From Felis catus (Eukaryota): DNA of 64,000 bases. Each line of letters starts with the position of its first letter. Within the stretch, counting starts at the first letter, position 1. Below the pieces are notes generated by a model that made no database searches, was not told the origin of the DNA, and worked only from the letters and a program-made list of their open reading frames with translations. The DNA is taken from assembly GCF_018350175.1 (NCBI RefSeq), contig NC_058368.1, positions 166,782,001 to 166,846,000 of the forward strand. The letters are read 5' to 3'. Below, one piece after another: positions 13,471 through 26,374 of this stretch. The position numbers and the translations under genes are program-made.

Positions 13471-13829
13471 AAGATACAGCACCTTTGACTCCTCAGTAAT
13501 AGAAGTCACCCCAAAATTTAATTGAAACATTATAGGTTTTAAAAACAAAAGGGAGCAGTAAATCTAATTGAAAGAAGGATTAGTAAAACTTTAATAAACA
13601 AATCAAAATGTATGTATTCAAATGTCATCTTATGCTCAGTCAAGTTGGCAGAAAGTTTTTTTTTTTTTCTGTTTTATTTTTTAGTGAGAGTTTTAAATTC
13701 AGGTATATGTAGCATATAGTGAGCATTGCTTCTGGGAGAGTTCTGGTGTGGGGGTGGGGGTGGGGGTGTGTGGGGAGGGTGTGTGTGTAAAAATTATAAC
13801 ATATGAGGAGATAAGAAAATGCTTTTAAA

Positions 13830-14058
13830 TTTTTTTAATCTTTATTTGTTTTTGAGAGAGAGAGACAGAGACAGAGTGTGAGCAGGGGAGGAACAGAGAG
13901 AGAGGGAGACACAGAATCCAAAGCAGGCTCCAGGCTCCGAGCTGTCAGGACAGAGCCCCACACGGAGCTTGAACTCATGGGGCTTGAACTCATGAACCAT
14001 GAGATCATGACCTGAGCCGAAGTCAGACACTTAACCAACTGAGCCACCCAGGCACCCC
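13830..14058 (-). mobile_element. Felid Can-SINE with a small internal duplication
   Basis: TSD agataagaaaatg; gcttgaactcatg occurs twice in tandem. Confidence 0.95.
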
Positions 14059-15874
14059 AGATAAGAAAATGTTTTTAATTTAAAGAAGTAACCAGATATA
14101 TTTATTCATGGTGATAGTTATTATTCTTCTTATAATAGTTAAAATTGGGCTTAACCAAATGCTTAAAATATAGAATAATGTGAGCTGTTTGCAGATACAT
14201 TTTGAAATACTATGCAGGTATATAAATTGAGTTTTTTTGAGTTTTTAATAGCAATAAAAATACATACACCTCAAATAAAAACCAAAGATAAGAGAGAACT
14301 AAGTTATATGTACAGTATGACACCTACTATAAGAAAGGAAGATGCTGAAGGAAGGGTATGCAAAACTATAGCGATTATTTCTAAATTACAATATAATGAA
14401 TAATTTTTATTCTCTTTAATCTTTCTGAATTCTCTATTTTCCTAGCATGTTTTTTCAATAGTTATATATGCATAAATTGTTTAAATTTTTTAAGAAAAAC
14501 TCCACAACTTTGAAAAGCAATAGGATGACAATAATGACTATTCAGTGTCCAGGGTTGTGACAAATAAAATTTCATTTTGTACCATATTTAGAGGCCCAAC
14601 TGTTTTTGTTTTTAACTAGGAACTCCAGCTTTCCAGATTCTGTAATTGTTTGTTCTCCAAAAATAATTGCAGCACCGAAATGTCATTCACCCAGATTTTA
14701 GATCTCATTTGCATCCTAACCCCACAAAGTAGCCACAATTTCACTCCATCATGCCAATAATTAACTGAGAACATGAAAACAAAAGATTGATGTGTTTGTT
14801 TAAGAAGAGCTAATATGTCATGCTTGGCTAATGCTGCTCAACTTCATTGATGATAAAGAGAAGAGAATGTTCGTAATGAAGCATCTCCTGCACATACTTC
14901 AGTGATAGAAAGTGACATGAGAAGCACAGCATTCGCTATTCTCTTCAGATTCAATCTTCTGAACCATGTTGCTCTGGACAAGTCCTCTTTTAATCATTTA
15001 GAGAGCAACCGAGAAACTTGATGCTTCAATAGTAGGACCCAGCTCAAATTTAATTAAGGCATTCCAGGTTCAAATAACTGAACAGAGATGTAGACCTAAT
15101 CAAAAACAAGGAAAGGAGTGGCAGAGGGACTGAGGGAGGCAGGAAGGGGAAAGAGCTTAAGAAAACTACGAGCTTAATACAAAACAAAAACATTCAGGCA
15201 ACAATACTTATTTTTAGACTTTATTCTTTCCACCTGTATCACCTATCCTTTCCAAATTCCTCGAACAACAGCCACAATAAGAAAAGTTATAATTTAATCA
15301 AGTGTGTGTGTTTTACCTCTCTGTACACAAACTGTATGTTTACTACCAACATACGTGTTGTGGGAAAACACTCTTTTGCTCTATAATGTCAACTTTGAAC
15401 TGTTAGACATCTATCTTCCAAGCATTTCTAGTTCCCCACCCAAAGCTAAAAAAATTGACTTTTCTGAATTGTACTGAATTTGAAATCTTTATCTATGTAC
15501 TATACACTGGGGAATATTATTTATTCTTGTTTTTGTTTTAATCTTACAGAGCTTGCTGAAAAAAATTCTTTTCTTACTGACAGTTAATTATTGAGCCATT
15601 ACTTCATGTGTGCTAGTTTTTAGCCTTTTAACGAGAGGTCAGTGGCATATCTAATACACGTAATATATTAGATCTGGAATGGGCTTATTTTCCTGAGATG
15701 CCATTGCTTGCTTTGGCCTTTTTATTACCTCTTTCTACCTTGGCAAATTTGGATGAACAGTTCAAAAATACATGCCAATCACTCACATATTTGGTGATCA
15801 AAAAGGCTTTGGTCAGTTTGGAGGAATTCCTGGAATAGGTACCTATTTGTATTCACATATTAAACATCCATTAA

Positions 15875-16045
15875 GGGGTATGGTCTAAATGGGTGGATGG
15901 GCATTAAAGAGGGCACTTGTTGGGATGAGCACTGGGTGTTATATGTACGTGATGAATCACTGGGTTCTACACCTGAAACAAATACCACACTGTATGTTAA
16001 CTAACTTGCATTTAGATAAATAAATTTAAATGGACAAAAAAAGGG
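15875..16045 (+). mobile_element. Short 3'-terminal carnivore L1 insertion
   Basis: gggcacttgttgggatgagcactgggtg...gttaactaacttg plus A-tail; TSD aaa(c/a)atccattaa. Confidence 0.88.
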
Positions 16046-17271
16046 AAAAATCCATTAAATTAAAAGCAAGGTAGTTGTTTCAATTTTCTTCCTAAAGATC
16101 AGAATTTAGGCACATGTCCTTACCCAGGACCAATGTTCATATAGCTTCGCATTACGTGGAGTTGGATGGCTGTTAGCTCCTACCATGCCCTTTCTTTTTT
16201 TAATTACCTCCCAGTCTAGCTGCTCAGCCATGCCACTGATTTGCCATTAGTTATCTTTTCTCACTGTTGTAACTGCACCTTGCTCACCAATCCAGTGATT
16301 TATTTTTATTTTTTTTACTTTTATTTATACATGTCAGTAAATGTTTGTAGAAATGCACAAATGATTTATATGAGCTAAGGGACATCAGAGCTCTGTCTCC
16401 CTCCTAGCGGCAGGATTGCATATTGCTAAATTGTAGAGTGATAATTTTCAAGTGAGTCATTTTTATGGACTTTGTTACTTGTTTTTAAGCAGTGGAGGAA
16501 AAAAGCCTTACCTAAATTTTCTGAGTCATGAACCTGTCTTTTCTTTCCTTAATCGCACAACACAGTGGAATTAGTATATATCTGAGAGGACTATGAGCAG
16601 AGCTGTTATCTCAGCACGTTTCCACTGGCACTTCCCGGCAGGTATCCAATGCTTGTTGCAAACTAAGGAAGACTTAAGATTAGCCACTGGCAATTCATTA
16701 TTAACACTCGTATATTCTCCTATTGTAGCCGTGGAGAGCTAAGGCTATATATTTAATGTGAGAAAACTATAAATGTTCTAGAAGAATAAAATTAGAGAAC
16801 ACAATAAAAATGTAATGAAAAGAAAACAAGCATAGCTATAAGGCTTGCAACTAGATAATGAGAATGCTTCTAAAGAAAATTCTTTATATAATTACAATAA
16901 GTTGACATGTGGTATACTCTCCATTGTTAACCTTCATAATGGAAAGTATATAATAATCCTTCCATTTAGGCCTCTTTCATTTGGAATTCAAGATAATTTC
17001 AAGACAGTGGTTCAATGTTGAAAAAAAAAGACTTAAAGCCCTTTATTTATTGCACGGAAATTAAAGGAATTTGAATTGTTTACTTATGAATATAAAATTG
17101 AAGAACTTAGGCATACATATAGCCATATAGTCTTATATACCACTCTTCATTTAGGAGATTTATATTCTTCTATCGTATCTCATGTAGTTTACTCAGGAAT
17201 ACTTTCGTTTGTATGACCCTATGATTGGTTTACTGTAACAAATGACCCTGACAAACTCTTTGCCTCTTTAG

Positions 17272-17502
17272 TTGGAGAAAATATCTCTGATTTACCAAAC
17301 TGTAGTAGGGGGTAAATACCCACAAAGAAGGTGCCATAGAGGAATGTTCCATGTCCATTTTAAGAATTCCAAGATATCAGACTATATCCCTGAGAGAAAT
17401 GATAAAAGGATTCCAGTACTAACAAGTGAAATGCCAGAATACCCTTCATGACACAACAAAAACAAAGACTGCACGAAGCTCTTAGGGGATGAGGGAATCA
17501 AG
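17272..17502 (+). other. Putative exon (lncRNA or decayed gene)
   Basis: CTGAC branch point, pyrimidine tract and AG upstream; AAG|GTAAGT donor; 231 nt. Confidence 0.35.
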
Positions 17503-18361
17503 GTAAGTAAGCTGTAATGTTGCATGTCCAGTAGAAGGTGAGGTAGATATAGTGATTGCTATGTGACTATGTGATCAATTGCTGGAGTGGCTATGAATGG
17601 TATTGCCACTTTTTTCTCCCAAGCTTAAATAGCACAAAAATTGGTAATGCCAAAGGAAAGAAAAGCCACATATATAATTTTCACTTGCTTTCTTTTCTTA
17701 TCACTTGTCATACCCTCTTAATTATGGTAGAAATTATATCATATTTACAACTTGACTTTGGAACATGGGGAATACACAGACATTCACAGAGAGATGGCAG
17801 GGGGTAGATATTTAGGGCACAGGAATTAGAGGTTTAATATACACACTAATGTATTCACATATACACACACAGACATACATTTGTCAATTAGCTATGCAAC
17901 TGCCATGGTGGTGGAGTAAATCAAAATGACCCTACCTCCTACATTACCTAGGAGATAATCCTGACTCCTAGTATTTACTGTATTTGTATCTGAATCAAGA
18001 AAATAATGTGTAAATTTGGATATAGAAGAAATAGTTGATAATCATAACCATTTTTTTAGTAATGCCAAAGCCAAATATGAATCTTATGGTGTGTCGTGTT
18101 TGCTTCTTTTTCTTGACACGTTCAAGAAGATATTTATTGTTAAATATAGAGATCACTTTAAAGTCATATAGTACTTTCATGAACGTGAAATATATTGTTT
18201 GACAATGATTGGATTAGTAAAACCAGGAGGCTCTGTTGGAACTAATTTATTATCTTTGAGATGAAGCATCAGCCTTCTAATGGTGGCATTTAATAGCGCT
18301 TTGTCCATTTTATTTGAAAAGAAAAGAGTTGGTAAAATCATTTGTCGGGGATACTTAATGA

Positions 18362-18752
18362 CTGTACTATTTTCCTAGGACTCCTATAAAGCACCATAAA
18401 CTGGGTAGCTTAAAACAAGAGAAATTTACTCTTTCACAGTCTAGAAGGCAGAAGTCCAAAATCTGGAGGCTCTCAGGTAGAATCCTTCTTTATCCCCTTA
18501 AGCTTCTAGTAACTCTTGGCAGTCCTTGGCTTTCATCTACTTTCCTCTCTGTTTCCACAGCAGCTTCTCCTCTTCTTTATGGCAAATCTCCCTTGTGTGT
18601 CTCTCACAAGGACACTTATCATTAGAAATAGGGCCTACCCAAATAATCTCATCATCTCAAGATCCTTAATTATATCTAGGAGAATTTTTTTCTAAAGAAA
18701 GCAGAATTCACAGGTTCCAAGGATTTGATGTGGGTCACTCTTCAACCCTCTA
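18362..18752 (-). mobile_element. MaLR solo LTR (MLT1B/C-like)
   Basis: aaactgggtagcttaaaacaagagaaatttactctttcacagtctagaaggcagaagtccaaa; aaggacac; catctcaagatccttaa; ttcacaggttcc. Confidence 0.85.
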
Positions 18753-20401
18753 AACTGATTTAGAATCTGTAGGGGGAATGATATTTGTAGTGGCGATGAT
18801 ATTTGGCACACGTGAGTCAGGCGAAGGCCTGAGGAAGAGGACTTGCCAGGATCTACTGCAGTCATTTTAAAATATTTAAAGGTGTGCTTCCTTCCTGATG
18901 ATTTAGGGTGCTCTGTCCATGAAACATATAGGTGAGAGCAATGCCATTTATCCCCTGGAAGCAGGTTTAAAGTCCCATAAAGAACTATTCTCCCCATTCT
19001 AAAATCAAAACTGTTAGATGATATAATGAAACGTAGAGAAGTTAGGGAAGGGAATACTTTAGCTCCTCTTTTTTCCTTCTCACCTCAAATACTGTCTTGT
19101 ACTTATTCTGATTAAACTTAGTTGTCCCATAATACTCTTATGTCCTCAGTTCATGAAGATTCTTGAATTAGTCTGTATTTGTTAGTAGTGATCCACTTCC
19201 TTGATAATAGTTTCAAATATGATTCATGTCCCTAATAAACATAGAACTATACTCAGTTGCATAAGATTTTGACAATGAAGTTTACTCAATATTCCTAAGG
19301 ATTATACCTGGCTCTTGAGATGGCATTAAAATGTCTTGTAGTTTGACATATGCAGTTAAACTATTAAAATAGTCCATTCTTATAGTCAAAGCTTTAGATG
19401 GTTTGCTGCAATCATCTATAGTGTTAAGAGTTGCCTACAAGTTGTCAAAGAATTTAATCTGTGTCTGAGTTTCACTAATAAGGAAATTTGTATAAAATCT
19501 TTTTAACAAGCTAATGAGTCTATATATTTGAAGGAGTAAGGAACACATATATTTATTATGAAATAAACCAGACTCTCAGCATCATACTAGTGGGATTAAT
19601 TAGTAAAATTCAATCAAGAAAAATCAGAAACTACCAGTTATCTTATTGTCCCAATAAATAAAGCTCTATATCTGGATTTAAAATTCTAAACAATAAAATG
19701 TGAATGAAGAATTACACAAACTTCAACATCTCTTTTCCAAATTTAGATGCAGAGGGCATACATGCACTCTGAAAATCACAATGGTCACCATTTCCTATTC
19801 AATTTACTTTCAACCTCCTACATTTTCTGAGAATGAGCAGAAGCAGCAGAAATCTATCCTGGTATAGTTTTATCATTTCTGAGGATATATTTCAAATGTA
19901 AAGGAAAATAAAAAGACATTACACTGGCATTATGTATTTATTTTCGTTAAGTCAAGATAATTGAAATCTAGTATATTATAAAAAACAAAGGGGATTTTCA
20001 TTAAGCAAAATGACCAGATACTTTAAAAAGCAATAAACATACTTACTTATATTAAAACATTTGAAAATGCTGTTCAAGTTTCAATTTGAACTAGATTTCA
20101 TTTTCTCATTTACTACTCGCAAAAATGCCTCTCTCAATACTAAAGTCATTTTGATGGTGTCTGTGATGTTGAATTAAGAGCTCTAGTATGATGATTACCA
20201 ATGCATATATCAAACTCTCATCCCAAAGTCAACAGCTACACTTCTTCACATACATCAGAAATTATGATTTTTTGATAAATAACCATATTAAGGTAAATAA
20301 TTAAATAATGAGCAGGGTACTTACTTGTTAAGCATTAAGATAAATTCCCAGCATGACAACAGAAAGGTGTATTATAAGGTACTGAGTCAAGTGAATGTAT
20401 C

Positions 20402-20568
20402 ATTTTTATAATGTACGTGACAGCAGGGGAGGGGCAGAGGAGAGAAAGAGAGAATGTTAAGCTGAGTGTTGAGCCTTATTCAGGACTCAATCCCATGACC
20501 CTGGGATCATGACCTGAGCCCGAATGAAGACTCAGATGCCTAACCAACTGAGCCACCCAGGTGCACCC
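20402..20568 (-). mobile_element. Can-SINE
   Basis: gggggaggggcagag...tcaatcccatgaccctgggatcatgacctgagc...actgagccacccaggtgc. Confidence 0.88.
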
Positions 20569-22247
20569 AATGAATACATCTTAAACTATCCCAAATTGAA
20601 TCAATGGAGTCTCCATGCAGTGTGAGGTTCTAAATACTATACAACAAGATTTTGGACTGTTTTACATTTCTCCACTCAATCAAAAGAAGAGTAGGCACTG
20701 ACCAGAATATTTCATCTGAAAATAATTTAAATGACCATTACATGTCTATGAGCTTTGTTCTCCATTTTGTAGAAACATGGGTATCTCAGAATTTTATTAA
20801 TTCACTCTCTTTTCCCCTTCTCTCTCAAACATACTCTCTCTCTACCTATATAGATGTAAATATATATATTTATATATAATATTTTGCAAATGTTATAGAA
20901 AATTTATTCATCTCAAATGCTGACAGTGCTGTTTTGTTTCCCTATAGGAATTGAACAACTCCAAATGTATATTGATATATTTAGTCATACATAAAATTTG
21001 TTCAAAAATCAGTAGATTTAAAAAGTGATAAATAGAAAAATAGAGAAATGTGAAATTTCAGATAATCTCAGAAATGCACGTTTTATTGTTATATTTGGAA
21101 GGGGAGATAAATTAATCACAGGATATTTCAATTTTGCTGGTAAATGTGATGAAATTTTCATGTCCTTATTGTAGACACAACTTCTATCTCTGTGAAGAAA
21201 ATCTTAAGAATTGGGATATCACCTAGCTAGAGATCTATCTATATGTTGGTGATAGAAATCTATCTATATGTCTTTTTTTTTAATATGTGGGAATCTAAAT
21301 TTTAAATCCTTATCTAACATATAAAGAACAGTTTATCAACACTCATCACTCATTAATGAATTTCTGAAGATGTCAAGTCACAAAACAACTATGGATAATC
21401 AGTACAGTTGTATTTCAAGCGGATGTAATTCTTCAATATTTCACTGTAAACATTTTTACTTTATACATCTAGCAGTTTCAAATGTCAAAGCAGCTGGAGT
21501 TGTGAGGGGAAAATATGGCATAAAGCATTAGCATTTTCATTTCAACTAGGACTAAACTGAGAGAGTAACAGAGTCTTGTTTCTTTTATGCCTGATTTCAT
21601 ACTCACTGTGTACTTTTTCAGGAATGTCCCCCAGATTAGAGAGATCAGTGACTAATTATATCTCCTATAAGTGCAATGATACCTATTATTCATAAGTAGT
21701 TTGCAGACATTATTCTTTTACTGATTTAAAGATGTAGTTTTGTTAAAGAGTCCATACTAACCAAAGCCATCTACAAATTCAGTGCAATCCTATTAAAATT
21801 CCAATGACATATTTCACAGAAAAAGAAGAAGAAAATGATACTAAAATTTGTATGTGGCAACAAAATACCCTAAATAGCCACAGCAATCCTGAGAAAGAAG
21901 AAAACCAGAGGCATCACATTTCCTGATTTCAACTTATATTACAGAGCTACAGTAATTGAAATAATATGGTACTGGCATAAAAATAGACACATAGACCTAT
22001 AGAACAGAATAGAGAACCCAGAAATAAATTTTACCTACCTACCATCAACTAATATTTGACAAAGGAGCCAAGAATACTCAATGGAAAAGGATAGTCTTTA
22101 ATAAAGGGTGTAGGGAAAATAGATAACCACCTGCAGAAAAATGAAATTGGACCTCATCATACACCACTCACAAACATTAACTGGAAATAGATTAAAGACT
22201 TAAACGTAAGACCTGATAGTGTAAAATCTTTAGAAGAAAACAGGGAA

Positions 22248-22475
22248 GGGGCTCCTGGGAAGCTCAGTCAAATATCTGACTCTTGATTTCAGCTCAAGTC
22301 ATTATCTCATGGTTTGTGAGATTGAGCCCTGCATCAGGTTCCACACTGACAGTGCAGAGCCTGCTTGAGATTCTCTCTCTCCTCTCTCTCTGCCCTTCCC
22401 CCTGCTTGTGTGTGTGCTCTCTCTCTCCCTTTCCCTACCTCTCTCTAAAAATAAATAAACATTAAAAAAAGAAGA
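22248..22475 (+). mobile_element. Can-SINE nested in L1
   Basis: TSD agaagaaaacagggaa on both sides; SINE body and (CT)n tract. Confidence 0.93.
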
Positions 22476-23230
22476 AGAAGAAAACAGGGAAAATCCTCCT
22501 TGATATTGGCCTTGATAAAGATCTCTTCAATGTGATGTCAAAGGTACAAGCAACAAAAACAAAAATAAATGGTACTACATCAAACCAAAACACTTGTACA
22601 CAGCAAAGAAAACAATAAAAAAAATGAAGACAAACTAAGAAATGGAAGAAAATATTTGCAAACCTTACATAAGAGGTTAACATCCAAAATACATGGAGAA
22701 CTCATACAATTTAGTAGCAACAACAAAACAAACAACCCAACTAAAAAAATGGGGAGGAGGACCCGACTAGACATATTTACAAAGAGGACATACAAATTGC
22801 CAACCAGTACATGGAAAAATGCTCAACATTACCTATTATCAGGGAACTACAAATCAAAACACAATAAGTTATCAACTCACACTTGTTAGAATGGTTATCA
22901 TTAAGGATACAAGGAATAACAAGTGTTGGTGAGGATGTGGAGAAAAGGAACACTGTTCACTGTTGGTGGGAATGTAAATTTCAGTGACTATGAAAAATAG
23001 TGTGGAGATTGCTCAAAAAATTAAAAATAGAACTACCATATCATCCAGCATTCCCTCTTCTGAGTATATAGCCAAAGGAAATGAAATTAGGATATCAAAA
23101 AGATATCTATACCCCCATATTTATTAGATCATTATTTATAGAGCCAAGACATAGAAACAGTCTAAGTGTCCATCAACAAATGAATGGATAAAGAATAAGT
23201 GAGAGATATATCTTTAACTCTGTATATCTT

Positions 23231-23233
<3 letters not shown>

Positions 23234-23275
<42 letters not shown>
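23234..23275. repeat. (AC)n microsatellite
   Basis: Direct observation. Confidence 0.95.
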
Positions 23276-23277
<2 letters not shown>

Positions 23278-24429
23278 ACGCATGCACAAACACACTGGAA
23301 TATCATGCTACCACAAGAAAGAAGGAATCTTGCTATCTGTGACAACATGGATAGCCATGATGGTATTATGCTAAGTGAGATAAGTCAGACAAAGGAAGAA
23401 AAATACTGTATGATATAACTTTATGTGATCTAAAAAAGCTGAACTCATGCAAATGGTGTGAGATGGTGGCTAAGGAATGGGGACTGGACATTTGTTGGTC
23501 AAAGGGTACAAACTTACAACTAGACCATGAATAAGTTTTGGAAAGCTAATGCAAAGCATAGTGATTATAGTCAATAATACTGTACTATATACAAAAAAAA
23601 GATAAGAAAATTAATAAATATATGAGAATTTGAAATAATCCTTTTATATTAGAAAGTAAATTTTCCTCAGGCACTAAATAACCAAGCATTGTTTCTGTCT
23701 TGATTTGTAACCTTGAAAATATTCTTCACCCAGTTTTGCACCTAAATTAAAGGCTATAAAATTAGCTATAGACGGTATTTCTGTACATAATTTCAGTGTG
23801 TATAACAGGTTGGTGTGCCTTTTCACCCTGTTTTATTTCTTGAATAAAGACAATAGATCAAATATGATGAAGGTCCTGTATACAACAAAGGTTGTCCTTT
23901 GCCCAAACTGTCATTACATGGTAGACGTGCAAATACACCACTAAGAAGCCTCCATTTTACGTCTAATTATCCTTCAAAATGAAGAAGGAAACTCATGTCT
24001 CTATTTTATGAAACAAAGTTTCCAGAAAATCTACAGTGAGAAAATAATTTCACTAGGAATCAGACTTATAAATTGAGGTTAATAATGGAATCTGTAATAG
24101 ATTTTTCATTTCTTCAATCTACATACAGCATTCATAGAGATCAAAAGACCTCATTCACTTATGAGAAGATATACCCTCTAGTAAATGAGTTAATTGCTTC
24201 AGGTCAGAATTAATTCTGGTCCTTGTAAATTCCCTAGGGATTTCTCAGACATAAACTATTTGTTGAATACAAATTGTTTCTTTCAATTTTTTCTCTCATC
24301 CAAATGAAGATTATAAACATTAAAATGCATATTAATAAAATACTCTCCCCATACTGCTGCCCATTTTCAAGGAGGATTTCCTCTCATAAATATAGAACTA
24401 GACTTCATCTTATAAGAGAATAAGTATTT

Positions 24430-24685
24430 CTGAGTGTTTATTGAGTGTTTATCAGTACTGCTCCACACACTATATGTATAGCTTTGTCAGGTTTAATCCT
24501 TGTACTTAAAACCAAGAAGGTTGCATCTGTGCATATTCCCATTTTCCAGTATTTTTCAGTTCAGGAAATAAGGCATAGGGAATCTAGTTAATTAGTTCTA
24601 GGTCTCTAAGGCTGTAAATGGTAAAGAAAAGATTAGTAGTGCAGCATTCTGGCACCAAAGCCTGGTATACTAATCTCTATGCTGC
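24430..24685 (-). mobile_element. MIR SINE
   Basis: tttattgagtg, tttaatcct, attcccattttccag, aggaaataaggcatag core motifs. Confidence 0.65.
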
Positions 24686-24939
24686 CTTTTGGTAAAAATG
24701 ACAGTTTTACCTAAGAGTCTTTCAGTACACTTAAAGTTGATTTCATCAATAACTTTATTGATGGTTATTTTAATTTTTTGTCCTCAATAAACATGTAAAC
24801 AAAGAATCTGAGACTTTTACATGAAGATGTTATACCAAGTAGTGTACATGCAGGGAATTGGGAAATAAATGAAATAATATTTTTTAACTTTTATTTCTTG
24901 AAGGAAAGTACAGTGGGTGCTTTAATATATGCCTCAGTA

Positions 24940-25150
24940 GGGGCGCCTGGGTGGCGCAGTCGGTTAAGCGTCCAACTTCAGCCAGGTCACGATCTCGCGG
25001 TCCGTGAGTTCGAGCCCCGCGTCAGGCTCTGGGCTGATGGCTGGGAGCCTAGAGCCTGTTTCCCTCTGTGTCTCCCTCTCTCTCTGCCCCTCCCCCGTTC
25101 ATGCTCTGTCTCTCTCTGTCCCAAAAATAAATTTAAAAAATTAAAAAAAA
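24940..25150 (+). mobile_element. Young felid Can-SINE (SINEC_Fc type)
   Basis: CpG-rich consensus head; TSD atatgcctcagta. Confidence 0.97.
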
Positions 25151-25278
25151 TATGCCTCAGTAACATTGTATACAACTATAATTTTCCACATGTATAAAAA
25201 TATTTATTTGTAGGAGCTAAAAAAATAATATAATGGAACTTTCTGTTGATCCTATAAGCATTTTCAATCAATAATTGC

Positions 25279-25628
25279 ACTTTTTAATTAGTGGACACCA
25301 TGATGGTAGTAATCTATACTAACCTAAGGTCCGTTATAGTACAGTCTTTATCCACATAGAAGTTTGATGTGAATTTTTGTTTTTATAGGTCTTTATTAAA
25401 TAAGCATATTGAAAATATCTGTCTCATTTTTCCCCCTAAGTGCATTCACCTCAATTGGTAAATATCTTCTGTTGGATTAGCACAGGAGGCTTCGATTTCT
25501 GCAGGTATTGAGGTTCTTACCCACAGCTTTATATATCCAGTATGCTCTCTCCATGATATGTACCCTACTAGAGTTTTGTGATGTGCCTCTACAGAGACTG
25601 GCAATTGAAATTTTTCTGGATGGCCATG
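25279..25628 (+). repeat. Long inverted repeat, left arm (~350 bp)
   Basis: Manual alignment to the reverse complement of 26375-26716: identical over 25294-25433 and 25444-25600; the same peptide appears in ORFs 25446..25643(-) and 26350..26556(+). Confidence 0.98.
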
Positions 25629-26374
25629 CAAAGCACTTTGCAATCAATAATCACTTAAAATTATATAACTAGTTTATATTCAAACAACATACAGCAAAAC
25701 TATGAAGTTGCAATTGCAAAGTCAATACAAACATTGAAAATAAAATTTTCCTATTGCTGAATTGGATCACTTATTTTTTTTTTAACTTTGGTTTTTTACC
25801 TGATTCACAAATCACTTCAAGGTTTTCATATATGTAAATTATGAGCTAAATTAGATTAATCATTCTGTTTTAACAAATAGCAATCCTCCTTACTTGCTAT
25901 TTTTTCTTGTTTTCCTTTTCCTTTCTTCAGTTCTGAGTACAATAGAAGGGTCACCTCTTGCAAAACCTGGACTTACCCCAGTGGACCAGTCTTTTGATAA
26001 ATACTTTTATAGTAAAAATGTTTCTCATTTTTAATATAAACAACACAGTGATTTCAATTTTAAAGGAATGCCAGACTATTAAATGAAAGTAAATCAGTGT
26101 GATGAGTAACTTAATCATTTCATAGTTCTGTCTGGACTTCCTAACTTCTGTAAAGGTCATCAGCTAGGAGAAGCAAATTACTTTTACAATTATTTCAGGA
26201 ACATGAGGATGTATTTGTTTGAACAAGTGTATATTTAAGACTTTAAGTGGTGAATAACAAGTAATTCTATAGCAATTTTAGAAAGAGTCTTATGCAATTA
26301 ACTACTGAAAAAATATATATAAACAATAGGCCAGTGAGATATTTGATGTTTGATTATTGCAGTGAAAAGAGAAA

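Larger units (their letters stand above)
21740..23600 (+). mobile_element. L1 (L1MA9/L1_Carn-like) ORF2 3' part and 3' UTR, decayed
   Basis: L1 motifs aatggtactggcataaaaatagacac, tttgacaaaggagccaag, gtgttggtgaggatgtggagaaa, atgctaagtgagataagtcagac, ggtcaaagggtacaaactt. Confidence 0.93.

Noticed and set aside
13227..13548. Tyr/Ile-rich ORFs (also 35056-35464)
   Set aside because: Translations of TA microsatellites.
24205..24218. 14-bp palindrome cagaattaattctg
   Set aside because: Expected by chance in AT-rich sequence of this length.
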